This document shows positions 12,395 through 25,853 of a stretch of DNA of 64,000 bases, piece by piece. The translations under genes were made by a program, and so were the position numbers. The stretch comes from Octopus vulgaris (taxonomy: Eukaryota). The notes under the pieces were generated by a model. It saw only the letters and a list, made by a program, of their open reading frames with translations, ran no database searches and was not told the DNA's origin. The stretch lies in assembly GCA_951406725.2 (NCBI GenBank), contig OX597822.1, forward strand, positions 20,274,001-20,338,000. The letters run 5' to 3'. How positions within the stretch are numbered: the stretch's first letter is position 1; every line of letters begins with the position of its first letter.

Positions 12395-13945
12395 AGCCTG
12401 TTCAAAATATACATAAATTGAGAGCACCATTAAATGTTTTACTAAAAAAGAAGTAAAATGGAATTGATTAGTGCCAAAACACATTTGAAAATATAAAAAT
12501 ATTAATTTCTGACTAGTCACTAGGGCATTTCGATTCTAGAATGGACATTGTTGTAGCGTCTGATGTTTCGGAGTATGGAATAGGAGCAGTCTAGTTACAC
12601 ATGTATAAAGAAAGAAATATGAAGCCAGTAGTTCATGCTTCACATTCGCTGATAGCGAGTGGAAAAAAAGTATAGTCAGATAGAGAAGGAGGCTCTATCG
12701 ATTATATTTGCGGTAAAAATATTTCACAAATTTCTTCTTAGTAGAAGTTTATTGTTATAAATTGACCATCGACCAATACTATCAATTTGTAGACCAAATT
12801 GTATTGTACTCCATACAACGCGGGGGTACAATATTGCCGAACTACAATTTTAAGATGCAGTATATGCAGACTGCATATCAAGGCAAATTCCTAAGAGCAT
12901 GGAACCGCTACAAGAGACCGTGATAGCGTCATTGCTGTCAGAAAATGACATAAGAGATATTATGTGCAATATAATACAGGAAGTGCCGCGTCGGTGACAG
13001 CTCATGATAAGAAAATGAAATTTGTGGAGGATAGTTACATTATTTGAATGAAAGAATTATTGAAAAATAAGCATAATAAAAATGCGAATTCAAAAGATTT
13101 CTCATTATCCGATGATGTTTGAATGTATGCGCAGAGAGTAGTAGTACCAAGTGCATTACAGAAAGTATTATTGCAACAATTCCACTGTGGGCACCCGGGA
13201 ATGAAAGCTTTAATGAGGAGCTTTGTATATTGGCCGACTATGGACAGGGACATCGAGAAATTGGTGAAAGCATGTAGAAGCTGCAAGTTGACAACCAAAG
13301 CACCGCCAGTACAACACCAATCGTGGCTGGAGACTGAGAGCCCATGGTCCAGGATACATATCGACTACGCTGGACCAGTGAACGGCGCATACTATCGTTG
13401 TGAATAGCTATACAAGGTGGCCATGGGTATGCAGATGTAAATAAACTCACAGGAAAGACAACAATAACGTTCCTACTCGAGTTATATGCTCGATACGGTG
13501 TTCCAGACACGTTAGTTTCAGATAATGGAACGCAATTCACAGGATATGAATTCAGAAATTTCTGCAAAATGCATGACATAAAGGACATCTTTACCCCGCC
13601 CTACCACTCGAAGTCAAATGGGCAGAAAGATTTGTCGACACATTCAAAAGAGCTGTAAGAAAAGTTTGGCACCACCTAGATAATGATGAGGCACGACGAA
13701 AGTTTTGAGAGTATACAGCCAAATCCAAATACTAATTCAAGAAATTCACCAGCAGAGTTAATGTTCGGACGTAAAATAAAATCAATCTTCGATAAATTAT
13801 TGCCAAGAAAAAATAAAGGAAAGACAATTATTGCCAAAGAAAATAAAGGAAAGACAAAAAATACATTTGAAGGAAATACAAGAAATAATACAAAACATTT
13901 CTAAGTAGGAGATAAAGTTCATTCTAAAAATTACAAGGTGACAGT
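12395..13945 (+). mobile_element. Decayed Ty3/Gypsy LTR-retrotransposon pol (RNase H + integrase)
   Basis: DIVVASDVSEYGIGAV, YSQIEKEALSIIFAVK, IDHRP (RNase H); HCGHPG..YWPTM..CRSC (HHCC zinc finger); PWSRIHIDYAGP and YGVPDTLVSDNGTQF (rve core). Many stops and frameshifts. Confidence 0.92.
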
Positions 13946-13980
13946 CCAAATCAGTTTACCAGATTCTGCACAAAATAGCA

Positions 13981-14700
13981 GAAGATATTGTGTTACCCGA
14001 GGATATAAAATTAAGAGTGGTAGTGGAGGGAAGACCTCCCATCTGCTACCACTGCGGAGTAGGGGACACATGAAAGCAAGGTGTCCCCAGCAACAAGAAA
14101 AGTAAATAGAACAAGAGCAGCAAGAAGAGGAAGGGGAACAAAGAGCGGAGGTACAAATGCAAGTAAGCGAAAGCAATGAAAATGTAGGAGAAAAGTATAC
14201 AGTAGGGTAAAGAAAGGAGAGAAGAAAACGCTAATTTACCACCCAAAAGTCCACAGAAAAATAGACAAGAAAACATAGAAGGAGACTCAATGTGAAAGAC
14301 CGGACATACCAAAGAGGAATATTACGGAGGAGAGATCAAATGAGCAGAAAAGAAAGGAAGAGAGAAGAGAGATAGCAACAACAATGAGTAAGAGAGATGC
14401 AGAGAAGAATGAGACAACAACACCAGGAACATCAGTAGAGAATAACGATAGAAAGCAAGAGGTGGTACCAAAAGGAAAACACATTCGAACGATGATAAAC
14501 TATAAAAAGAGTGTAGAGATCGAGAGAAGGGTTACAAAAATGAAAAATGTAATTAGAGTCAAGTTATGAAGGAGGGAGTGTACCGAGGACAACAAAGGCA
14601 GTCTTGCTTGAGAAAGAGAGAGGTGAAAGGTTAAAGGAACTATTTGGTTAAAAAGTTGAAATATCGCCGTTACAAGTTCGATACGACGAGCTTCCACCAG
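13981..14700 (+). mobile_element. Fragment of a gag/ORF1-like sequence with CCHC zinc knuckle
   Basis: LRVVVEGRPPICYHCGV-(frameshift)-GHMKARCP at ~14010-14087 (CX2CX4HX4C), followed by purine-rich E/K/R-coding sequence with stops. Confidence 0.7.
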
Positions 14701-14871
14701 TGGTGGCATTTGAGGACATAATAGAATATTTAATATAAAGGAAAGTAAGTGAAATATTAAAAATTTTTTAAATAATGACTTAAAAAAAACTATGCAAAAA
14801 TGAATAATGAACTGTAAGTTAATATGGGATACATTATCAGTTAAATGACACTGCTTTCGTTTTGGGGGTCA

Positions 14872-15188
14872 GGTAAGACATTTCATTTTTCATTATATCA
14901 TTATATTCTTAATTTCATTCGTTATATGTTTTATGTACCCCACTGTGTTGTGTTGTGTTGTGTCCTTATATCGTCCCTTCTTTGTAGAGCCAATGTGCTC
15001 ATAATATAGAAAATAGTTCGGAGTCGAGTGAAATTCGAGTTAGTTCGCAGGGAAGTCGGAAGGTGTCTGTTAGTTAGTTCACCTGGAATAATGATTGTTG
15101 TTTCATAAAGAGATTTGTTAGTTCATTACATTGATTTGCTGTTTTCTGGTTATCTTATTTATTGTACGTAACAAATTACATTACAACA
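14872..15188 (+). repeat. Possible 3' LTR of the Gypsy remnant
   Basis: Follows G-rich gggggtcagg (PPT-like) and ends in ...tacaaCA. No second copy in the window. Confidence 0.3.
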
Positions 15189-15862
15189 TTAACTTAAGTA
15201 AAAATACTTTTAATTGAAAAATAAAATAAGATAGCTAGAAACAAAAAAAAAGGAAAACAAAAAAGTATTCAGCGTATAAAAATATAAAAATATATCAAAT
15301 GTTAAAATGCTTAAGCAAAAAAAGAAAACATTGCTGTAATATGCGAAATATAAAATTCATAAAAACATATGTAAAACACACAACTTAAAAAGAGTACAGT
15401 TATAAAAAAATTTATGATAAGACGAGTTCTGTAGCACATATAAGGAGGCATGTATTCCAGTTTCAGTTCTTTGTTTACAGTTACTAGATGGATTCATTTA
15501 ATGCTCTTGAGAAATGTACATAAACATCACAACTACGATTGTCCACAACTGCCACTAGAAACCAATAGAGTTCATCTATGGATGGATGCTTTAAATGGAA
15601 AAGATTAGGCAGGTGACTCAGGGCTACCACTAGTACCATAGTACAGAAGAAAACAAAAGTTGTAACATCACCTGCGGGTCCTATCGACGCGTCTGCTTCA
15701 AACTCGTTAGTTGTGCTAATTTCTATGTCAAAGTGACATCAACTTCGATTGCCTAAATGACTAAATTTAAAATAAATATTTATAATGAATTATTAATAAC
15801 CTGTCAACTAGGATCTCAATTCACACAGTATTCAGCGTATAGTATTATATTCAATATATATA

Positions 15863-17004
15863 TTGGGTCATCCCATAAATATTGCGGTATTTTTAAATAC
15901 TTATATTTTTTTAAAAATTAAGATAAACACAGTTCTTTTTTAATCTAAATTATATTTAATCTAAAATATAGTTTTTTTATCTAAATGATGATCGGATGGG
16001 GTAATGTCCAACGAATATGGTGGGTGGAGCATCATTTTCCATTCAAACTGCCCCAGCTTTTGGAAGGTCATCCTCACTGTATGTGGCCGAGCATTATCCT
16101 GATGGAAGAACACCATTCGTCTTGAAACCAAATATAATCGTTTTTCTTCTAGTGCTGATTTAAGCCGTTCAAGCTGCTCACAGTAGATCTCTCCTTTGTT
16201 ATCATTTGGTTTGGGTTTAAGCGTTCAAAGTGGACTAAACCTTTCATGTCCAAGCAAAGAGATAACGACATTTTACGTGGGTGAAGACCTTCTTTAGTCT
16301 GGCGTGCCGGTGTTTCACCTTTCCATACCCACTGTCTTAGGCGCTTGACATTTTTATAGAGAACCTATTTCTCGTCACCAGTCACTATTCGGCCGAAAAT
16401 AAAAGGTTCATTCGTAAGGCGTGACAGCAATGGAGAGCACGCATTCTCTCTCTGCGCACGATAAGACTGGGAAAGTTTGTGAGGAACCCATTGACACGAT
16501 TTGCTGACGTTTCCGATGGCACTCAGGTGTCGATGGATGGTTGAATGATCAAATCCAAGCATCTCTGCTAGTTCCTCAATAATTACGATAGGATTTTGAC
16601 ACCCCCCATCGGGTTTGCAGAATGTCTATGTCGAACTCTACAGATCATCCAGTACGAGGCTCATCTTCTAGGCTGTAGTTTCCGGCTCGGAATTTCTGGA
16701 ACGACAGTTGACACCGGATTACGCATATTGTCCAATCCCCATCTACTGCATTAATATTCCTCGCACTTTCCGTTTCATTGTTGCTTTTATTGAACTCATA
16801 AAGCAAAATATACCGAATATGCTTCTTTGTCTCTTCCATTATAGGTTTGAAAAAATAACTGGTGATATTTAACTGCACTTTTCAAAACTTGCACTAAGAA
16901 TAAAAGGTAAAATTACTACCTGTTTTTATGGCAAGTTGATGCAGGTAGTTTTTCCTGTCCCTCTCCGACTTTTAGTTCATGCAATATATATTGGGACGAC
17001 CCAA
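15863..17004 (-). mobile_element. Mariner transposon (family A), decayed
   Basis: TIR ttgggtcatcccataaatattgc / gcaatatatattgggacgacccaa with TA flanks. Motifs IRYILLYEF, WVPHKL, IVTGDEK, HQDNARPH. Confidence 0.93.
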
Positions 17005-17077
17005 TATATATATATATATACAGTTGTAACGTCGCCAAATATCTATCTATTTATCTATGCATGCATGTATGTATGTG

Positions 17078-17109
<32 letters not shown>

Positions 17110-17864
17110 TGTATGTATGTATGTATCTATGTATGTATTTATGTATGCTTGCATATAAGCAGACATGCATGCATATATGTATGTACGTATGTATGCATGT
17201 ATGTATGTATATATGTACGTATGTAAACGAAAGAAAGTATCATTAAAAACATTTTATATATTTTTTAATAATAGCTTCACTCATCTCTACATTACTTAAA
17301 GCTAATACCGAGAAACCATCTTCAATTTCTCTCAAAGAATCTGACTCTGCTCCTAGCATCTTATTGGAAACACGACTATTTTCCAGACATGTTCATGTGT
17401 GACTTCTGTGCGTGTTTTGTCTGCATGACTATTTTGTCATTGATATTTGATATGAAGCTTATTCATGGAAGTCACTACGGCTTCTATGATTAACCTTTTT
17501 ATTTTTTGCAAGAAATTTTATAGAGTTTGTAAGTATCACCCACTAGTATTCTTTGCTATTTAACTTTATCTGCCATTATGTTGAAAAACAGACGCAAAAT
17601 GAAAATAAATGAAATACTTAGACATACCCACGGAAAAGCAAATGCATAGTCATGAATACATTTAAGTACCCCAAATATAACCAAATCGTAATTCCGTAGC
17701 AAGCCTCGGCACAAGTGTAATCGGTCAGGAAACGCACATAAGTGGTTACCAGTCCCGAAGTGAATGAGAATTAATTTACTTTTAATATAAGGATAAAATT
17801 TTATTAAACAATTTTATCAGTTGCCAGCATGTGAAAAATACCTTTTAAGGTGAAAATGATACAA

Positions 17865-18130
17865 TCTTTATATACATAAAACTGAGAATGTGTGTGTGTC
17901 TGTCTGTCTGTCTGTCTGTGTGTTTCCCTAAAACTTGAGAACTACACAACCAATTTCATTCAAATTTTACACATGCATTACTTAGGGTCCATGTAGTTTC
18001 ATGGGCAAAAAAAATGTTCAACTTCTTGCCCATAGCAATATCATATCTTCTCCACTATTTCAGTATTACGTGTTAAAAGTGAAACAAAAACATTTCTCTA
18101 TTTTCTGTCAGATGCTTTCACTTTAACAAT
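17865..18130 (+). mobile_element. 5' part of a non-autonomous Helitron-like element
   Basis: A|TCtttatatacataaaa, (GTCT)n, then aacttgagaactacacaaccaatttcattcaaattttacac. 3' end not resolved. Confidence 0.55.
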
Positions 18131-19319
18131 AAAAATAATAACAATTGAATTATATGTAGTAAGTAATAATTAAAATCAAACTAAAGTATATTATCGGAAC
18201 ATAACAAAAATAAAAATAGCAATTGGTATAAAATTGCATCAATGACTTGAACTTGAATAAGTGGTTTCACATGAATGGGAATAAATAAAAAATAAAATTT
18301 AAGTGCAGAAATGGAATAGTCCAGATGGAGGTGTGCACGGCTTTTACATTAGATTATTTGCTAATTAGCTAGCATTAAGCATTCTACTGAGTACCGCTGT
18401 TAGTTTATTTCTGATCCATAAAGGCCTATAGCTTCAACAGAGTACTGCTCTTTGGTTTACCGTAAGGTTTGTTGTTATTAGCTAAATCGTCTAACCATAT
18501 AAAAGATCTCATGTCCCTTATCTCTTGAGACGTTCTGCACTCCTCTTTGTTTAAAAGTGTTTCTGGAGAGATTACGTTTTTTTTCTTTGGTGACATAATA
18601 TTTTCAATATTTTAAACCACAAATTATGAACATAGAAAAAAATCTACATTAATCTCTATTTTTGTAAGCAGTTGTATGTATGTGGTATGTCTGTATTTTG
18701 TATAATGTGTAAATTAACCAAATATAAGCAAATTCTAAGTAGCTTGCAACCTTGCAATTGCTGCGATGATTCACACACTCACAGACACATACACACTCAT
18801 ATACAAAATGTGACGATACACACACATACACTCTCACATAGTAAGAGAGACATAAAAAGACATGCATTCACGCATGTCAGTCGTCACATGTTTATATGTA
18901 TGTGTAGATGCCTATACATGTTTAATAACGTACCTAACGCGGAAGCACACACACAGTCAAAGAGACATACACACTCATACACCCACACATACATTCACAG
19001 ACACATACACACTCATATACAAAGTGTGATGTCGTGGTTGTGTATCGAATGCGCAAACACACAGACACACTCATATAAAATATTCTGTACTATAGTTGAC
19101 TATAGAAAGATTAATGCGGAAACACCCATACACACTCAAACACATACACACCCATACACTTACACACACATACACTTACACATACATAGACACTCAAATA
19201 CAAAATGTGACGTTGTCGTCACCATGATATAAAATATCCTGTACTGTATTTGACTATAGAAAGCTTATCTCTATAAAAGGTTATATTGCTTTAATGGAAA
19301 TGAAAAAAAAATACATTTT

Positions 19320-19422
19320 GACACGCGTGGGGTGTGATAAAATTTGATTCGATTTGGTGGAGCCGTTTGAGAATGCATTGTGAACAGACAGCCAGAGAGA
19401 CAACAAATTTTATATATATAGA
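19320..19422 (-). mobile_element. Helitron-like 5'-end fragment
   Basis: Minus strand atctatatatataaaa...ctgtctgtt...aaacggctccaccaaatcgaatcaaatttt. Confidence 0.5.
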
Positions 19423-19489
19423 TGGATGACAACAATAAATGAGTTCCATGTGTTATTTTATATATCACTACAGTAAAGGCAATTATGTA

Positions 19490-19612
19490 ATACTAAAGGC
19501 TTTGGTCGGCACAGAGCTGTAATGAAAGAGAATAGGTCAACATGCCGCACAGTGGGACTGAACCGAAGGCGACATGCTTGGAAAGCAAGCTTCTCGACAC
19601 ACAGCCACGCCT
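19490..19612 (-). mobile_element. CORE-like SINE 5' fragment
   Basis: ggctttggtcggc...cagtgggactgaacc...aagcaagcttct..cacacagccacgccta. Confidence 0.7.
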
Positions 19613-20149
19613 ATAAATCATAAAAATCTTAACATACTTGCAAAATGGGACTTCATCCATGTGTATCCACGTAAGTATATATGCAGGTGTATGTGTGTTT
19701 GTGGGGGTGCGGTGCGCAAGAAAAACATTTACGGAAATGTACTCATAAAATGTGTATGAAAATAAATTATGTTTATATGCCATGTTTTTAATTCTCCATA
19801 TAAATGATAGAGAAGTGAGTATCAAATGAAATTAAAATCCTCGTTCAGTGACAGATCGATGAACTTAGTAAAGTTTTAACGTTTTTAGTAACAACATATT
19901 CTCTCTTCAAATGCCACCCTCTCTTTTGCAAGAACAATTAATTTTGACGGTAAGAACTAAAACAATTGTTTCACTATCACAATTAGAAAGCGTTTATCTT
20001 TACCTTACAAAGAAAAAAGGTGGGTCGTAGGTGTATGACGGAGAATTATTCAATATCGTGTTTGCTTCTATTAGAATCGTTTAACTTTAAAGCGAAAAAA
20101 ACATCAAAACCGACGTATACAACAGGTATATAAAACATATTTCTGTTTA

Positions 20150-20679
20150 CTTTGTTCATTCGCATAAACTGTAGAAGTTGTTGCACGCACGCACACACAA
20201 ACACAGAAATTTTTCAGACATTTAGCTGTTATTTTTAGCCGTTTATATTCAGTGTTAGGCAACGGGATGGGGTGGCGAGGGGTGTAAATATTAATTTTGG
20301 AGTTCTTCATTGAAAATTTGAAATTAAAAATGGTCTTTTCCGTATACTTAATCTCTGTATTTTTCCACGTAGATTGAAAAAAAAAATAGACAATTTTCAA
20401 AAAAGTAAAAAATCTAAAATTTAGGGTGAGGGGGAATTTAAAATTTTGAAAACATGGTCTTTTGCTTATTCTTAATCTGTCATCGAAAACATAGGAATCT
20501 GCTGAAAAAAAAGGGAAGCCAGAGCTACAGCCCCATAAATGGCAAGGGCCAAAATTTGCCCCACCCATAGAACCTTCCCCAAGTGATGAAAAACATTCAT
20601 GCCAAATTTGGCACAGATTGATCCAGCGGTCTGGCCGTGCATAGAGGAAACACACACGCACACACGCAGATACAGTGAA

Positions 20680-20690
<11 letters not shown>
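20150..20690 (-). mobile_element. Non-autonomous Helitron-like element (partial)
   Basis: gccaaatttggcacagattgatccagcggt...cacacacgca...tatatata resembles the subterminal motif of the other Helitron-like copies. Confidence 0.5.
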
Positions 20691-20738
<48 letters not shown>

Positions 20739-20741
20739 TAC

Positions 20742-20779
<38 letters not shown>

Positions 20780-22145
20780 TAAATAAAATGAGACAACAAA
20801 GCCAAGGCTGTGTGGAATTTTCAGGACATTTATAAAGAATTGTTCCTGGGATATTAGGGATATCCCTTCATCAGAGACTTTGTGAGATGGTTAAATAGTG
20901 GGAAATATTAGAGTTCAATATAAGGAATTATTTTGGAAAAGGAAGGAAATAAAGTGTATAGAGGGAAATAGGAGAATGAATGTAGAAATAAAAATTAAGA
21001 TATATAAAGATGTTATAGTTGCAATTTCATTATCCAAGGAAAGTGATGTATAGAAGTGGTAGAAATGCTTCTTGTCCGTGGTATATAAATTCCAATATGC
21101 ATATATTTTTAGGAATGTGTGTGTGTGCATACATGCATACGGGTTTAAATACACAAATAAGCAGGCCTATATAATAGTGCATGCACACACACATATATGT
21201 ACGTGTGCGAGCGTACGTATATCAATATACACTTCTTTCTTTCTTTCTTTCTCTCTGATTCCTCTACCCACACTATCACATTAGCCAGTAGAATAAACAC
21301 ATATGACTATTTATAGAAACTTGACCATTCTTAGTATTCCTCCCTTCCATTTTGAGGTTTACTACACAGTTTAGAAAGCCCCCTCCTTTACCTTTTTCTG
21401 TTCCCAACTCTTGGTGCCATTCTAACATATCACCCGATCTCACACACCTTACACATATTCATTACTGACATTCCTCTTCCATCACCCCTCATGATATCCT
21501 GACCACCAACTGACACTCCTTTTTTCGCTTTTTCCACTTTCTTTCAATCTTTTTTCTCATTTTCTCTTCTTGTTCTCATTTTCTCTTCTTGTTCTCATTT
21601 TCTCTTCTTCTTTCTTTCCTTCTTCTTTTCTCATCTTTTCCTTTTGACCAATTTCCCCATTTTAGCATACACATATCTTCTCTCCTCTCTATCCACTTAA
21701 TAATATCACTACATTTTCAAATTTTCATTCACACTACAAGAACCCTTTGAATGAACAGCACATGGAATCTACGTCTCCACACTTTCCATTTTTAATGAAA
21801 AAATATGAACTCCATTTGGAATTTATATACCACGGACAAGAAGCATTTCTACCACTTCTATACACCACTTTCCTTAGATAATGAAACTGCAACTATAACA
21901 TCTTTATATATTTTAATTTTTATTTCTACATTCATTCTCCTATTTCCCTCTATACACTTTATTTCCTTCTTTTCCAACATATCTCCTTATATTGAACTCT
22001 ATTTCCCTCTATTTAACCATCTCACATCGTTTCCGATGAAAGGATATCTCTAATACTCGATAAACAGCTGTAATACTAACTTTCTCTTATAAATGTCCTG
22101 AAAATTCCGCATAGCTTCGGCTTTGTTGCTTCATTTTATTTAACA
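20780..22145. mobile_element. PLE-type non-coding remnant with ~320-bp inverted termini, each with a decayed hammerhead
   Basis: 20780-21096 is the reverse complement of 21815-22145 (both translate WNLYTTDKKHFYHFYT...). Left arm (minus): CTGATGA-A-GGGATAT cccta ATATCCC-A-GGAAC. Right arm: CCGATGA...TAAAC AGCT GTA. Confidence 0.75.
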
Positions 22146-23495
22146 TATACATGCTCATACAGGACCCGCATTAGACTCCTCACTCGTATCCTTATCGAAC
22201 CAAGAGTTTAACTATGGTCCTTCCATAGCACCTACATAACGTTACCTGCCACCTAACGTATTCTGGATCCTAATACCTCTTATATATATATATATATATA
22301 TAAGTGATTGCGAGTTTGTTTAGCATATAGTAAGTAGGTAAGACCACAGTATCTTTTCGCAGATAATTGCTGGTAGATACAAGACAGTGTTTTGTGTCGA
22401 GAGACAGGGTCTGCAGCAGAAATTAAAAGAACTGGCACTTTTTTCTTTAATCACACTTAACATAAACATTCGTGGATAATTCCTAGTATTTTTGCGTTTT
22501 AACACTTCTAACCTTCCTTTAGCTATTAACAGAAAAGGTTTCAAAATTTCTTAATTAACAGTTAAGCCGATATTGTTCCGAGATTATATCATTATGTTTT
22601 AAACTAAGTATAGATACAAGAATTATGTCCTCTCTTTTTCTGTCTACTAATGTATTTTCTAATGAATATTTTAAACTAATTGAAGAAGGAGCCAATTATA
22701 CTTGTTAGTGTTGTTATTGTTTTTAGTATCTTATCTTTGACTGGTTTACAATATCACGATGATAACAATACTTATGTTGACGTAGTTAATGTTGCTGTTG
22801 CAGCTGCTGCTGGTTTTGATGCTGCTTATGGTGTTAGTGGTATTATTTACGATGTAGAAGAAAATAAGAACGGAGGTGGATTGTTATTGTAGTGGCGAGG
22901 GCAATGGTGGTAGTTACAATAATTACTTAAATGACATTAATAGAGATAATGTTGATTATGACGATGATGATGATGAAGAGAAAGAGGAAGAGGAAGAGGC
23001 TGAGGCGGAAGAGGAGGGGAAAGAGGAAGTGGATGAAAAGGAAGAAGAGGAGGAGTAACACAAAGAAAAATGCGGTGGTATGACACGACAAGGCATGACT
23101 ACTGACAGCAGCAAAGTAATAGAACAGCTGTCTATTGTGATGATGATGATGATGATGATTATAATAACTGAGTTAATTGTGATAATGATATAGAAATATA
23201 AATCCTAAAGATGAAATAGCAATGAATTTATTACCTCTGGTGATGAGGACTATGACGATAATGGTAGCGGTGGTGATAACAATGTAGACTTTGGTGTTGG
23301 TAGTAACAGTTCTGTTCAACGATCCTGTTTGAGATTCATATTTTGAGTAATTAATTTCATGCGATGTAAGTGGGAGATGTGATCAGGTGGATAAGGTGCT
23401 TTGGTTATGAATCCTCAGATCAAATCTGTAATACAAACTTAGTTACGTTATTTCATCTACGTCACGGGTACGTCACAAATTGTTTTTTTTTCTTG

Positions 23496-24318
23496 AAACT
23501 GAGTAATACCATCTGGTTGATAACTGATGAAGAATTAGGGACCTTCTGCGTCTGTCTTCCGTCCGTTTGTACACTCAGTATACGTTATGCCGTTTATTTA
23601 CTTTCCGTTTGTATATTTACAATCCATGTTTTCATTTATTAAGTAACGGAACGCAACGTACCCTGTCTTTTATTAACAGTAAGTTATTTTTATATATCCG
23701 TGCGACTCTACTTCTAGCCTTTCCTCTTTCTTCTTTTTTCTATCTTCATCTTCCTTTCTCTAGCCCTCTTAATTCTATTTCTAGCTTTTCTGGTTTCTCC
23801 TTTTCCCCCTTCATCCCTTCCCTTGTTTTGTCTCTGTCACTCTCTCCCCTCTCTCTTGACCTCTTTCTCTTCTGTCTGCTGCTGATACGTGACCGTGACC
23901 AGCCTTTCTTTCTGCCCCCTTTTTACACCGGTCGCGTAGCTAACCGGTCCTAAATTCTCTGTGTCCCACTTGCACATGTCTTCCTATTTGTTGTTTTTCT
24001 AATCTTTTTCTAATCCTTAAACGTTACCCGCGATTCGAGTCTTTTTGTTTCTGAGGCTATATTTTGCTCGTTTCTTATTTATTTCGTCTTTGTCCTTCGT
24101 CCATTGCCTTAAATTACATTCATTCATTTTCCGCAAGCATGGGAAGCCCATAACATCAGTCTTACCATTAATGGTGCGAAACTGAGGAATACCGTCTGGT
24201 TGATAACTGATGAAGAAATAGGGACTTTTGTGCCTCTCTTCCGTCCGTTTTTTGCACTCAATAAACGTTATACGCTATTTATTTCCTGTTTGTGTATTTA
24301 AAATAATGTTTCATATAT
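23496..24318 (+). mobile_element. Partial-tandem element with ~140-bp direct repeats (period ~682)
   Basis: gaaactgag.aatacc.tctggttgataactgatgaagaa at 23496 and 24178. Ends in (TA)n. Confidence 0.7.
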
Positions 24319-24438
24319 ATATATATATATATATATAGTTAATCCAAACATTAAACACAAAGAGAAAACACAACAAAGCGAGGACGTGGAACAAGTATAG
24401 TGTTATTGGACGCTCAGGAAAGGAAAGAAAGAAGGAGG

Positions 24439-24473
24439 ATTTAACGTTTCGAGTGGAGCTCTTCGTCAGAAAC
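24439..24473 (-). ncRNA. Minimal hammerhead variant in a short element between TA tracts
   Basis: Minus strand GTTT-CTGACGA-A-GAG ctcca CTC-GAAAC GT T-AAAT. Palindromic AACGTT stem III region. Confidence 0.6.
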
Positions 24474-24819
24474 AGAGGAAAAGAAAGATCCAAGGAAGGG
24501 AAGACGGAGGAAAAAATCGCCAACAATACACACGCGGTCACATTTCTATATATATATATATATATATATATGTTTGTATAAGTAAAAAGAGAGATTGCTA
24601 TGATAATCCAACATTGTTGAAAAGAGACACTGGACAATATTACTCTCTGATATTCAAAAATTGGGATGGTCACATCTGGGACAATTTTCATCATAGGTTA
24701 GCTCAAATTGAGTAGATCTACATTCAAAGACATTTCAACCATGACCATCCTACTCTTTTACTCTTTTACTTGTTTCAGTCATTTGACTGCGGCCATGCTG
24801 GAGCACCGCCTTTTATATG

Positions 24820-24867
<48 letters not shown>

Positions 24868-25379
24868 ATTTCCGTATTTGTGTAAGTGTGTATAGAAAAA
24901 TATGTCAGTTGAATAAAGTTACAACATGGTCTGGCTTTCACGGTTTTTATTATTGTATTTAAAAAAAAATTCACAATGCTGAAATGTGTTAAACATTAAA
25001 AAACATTCAGTAAAGTTCATACAGTTCAATTAATGCTTTCATACGTTCGTAGTAATCATCAGATTTTAAAATGTATTAACTGACATTTGGGTTGAGTCCT
25101 TGACAAATGTAGCAAAATGACTGACTTCTCCCTTTTTATACCTTTTAGAAGGCTCCGACAAGCTGAATTTTTCGAATACGGTTTTGACCAATCAGCATGC
25201 ATCTTAAGCGTCACGGTTTGCCGGGCGCACCAATATTACTGGCCTAGACCCCGTCTTTATTTTAACCAATTAGCATGCGGTTTACATGTAATAGTTTTGT
25301 GAGTAAGCAAACTTGGTTTCAATCGGTGAGGATCTTCTGTAATTTGTTTATATTCATATATATATATATATAACATAAG

Positions 25380-25637
25380 GGACTTGTTTCAGTCTGAATT
25401 GACTAGGGACGGCCAGGGTGTGGGGGTGTTACTGTTGCATTTAGTCGAGGCGAACATCGACGTCACCAGGCCGACACCGTCGGTGTGTTACCGTGACGGT
25501 GTCGGGCCTATTTGCTGAACCGTCGAGTGACGGGGACATAAACACACCAGCGTCGGCTGTCCCTAGCATATTCAGGGGGACAAACACAGACACACAATCG
25601 AGCAGTTACTGTCTATATCTCTTCTACACAATTATTA

Positions 25638-25685
<48 letters not shown>

Positions 25686-25853
25686 TTATATACGACAGGC
25701 TTCTTTCAGTTTCCGTCTACCAAATCCACTCACAAGGCTTTGGTCGGCCCGAGGCTATAGTAGAAGACACTTGCCCAAGGTGCCACGCAGTGGGACTGAA
25801 CCCGGAACCATGTGGCTGGTAAGCAAGCTACTTACCACACAGCCACTCCTGCG
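25380..25853 (-). mobile_element. CORE-like SINE
   Basis: Near-consensus head ...gacacttgcccaaggtgccacgcagtgggactgaacccggaaccatgtgg...cagccactcctgcgc. Confidence 0.85.

Noticed and set aside
22680-23290. Acidic D/E-rich ORFs
   Set aside because: Decayed trinucleotide low-complexity DNA with stops and no recognisable domain.
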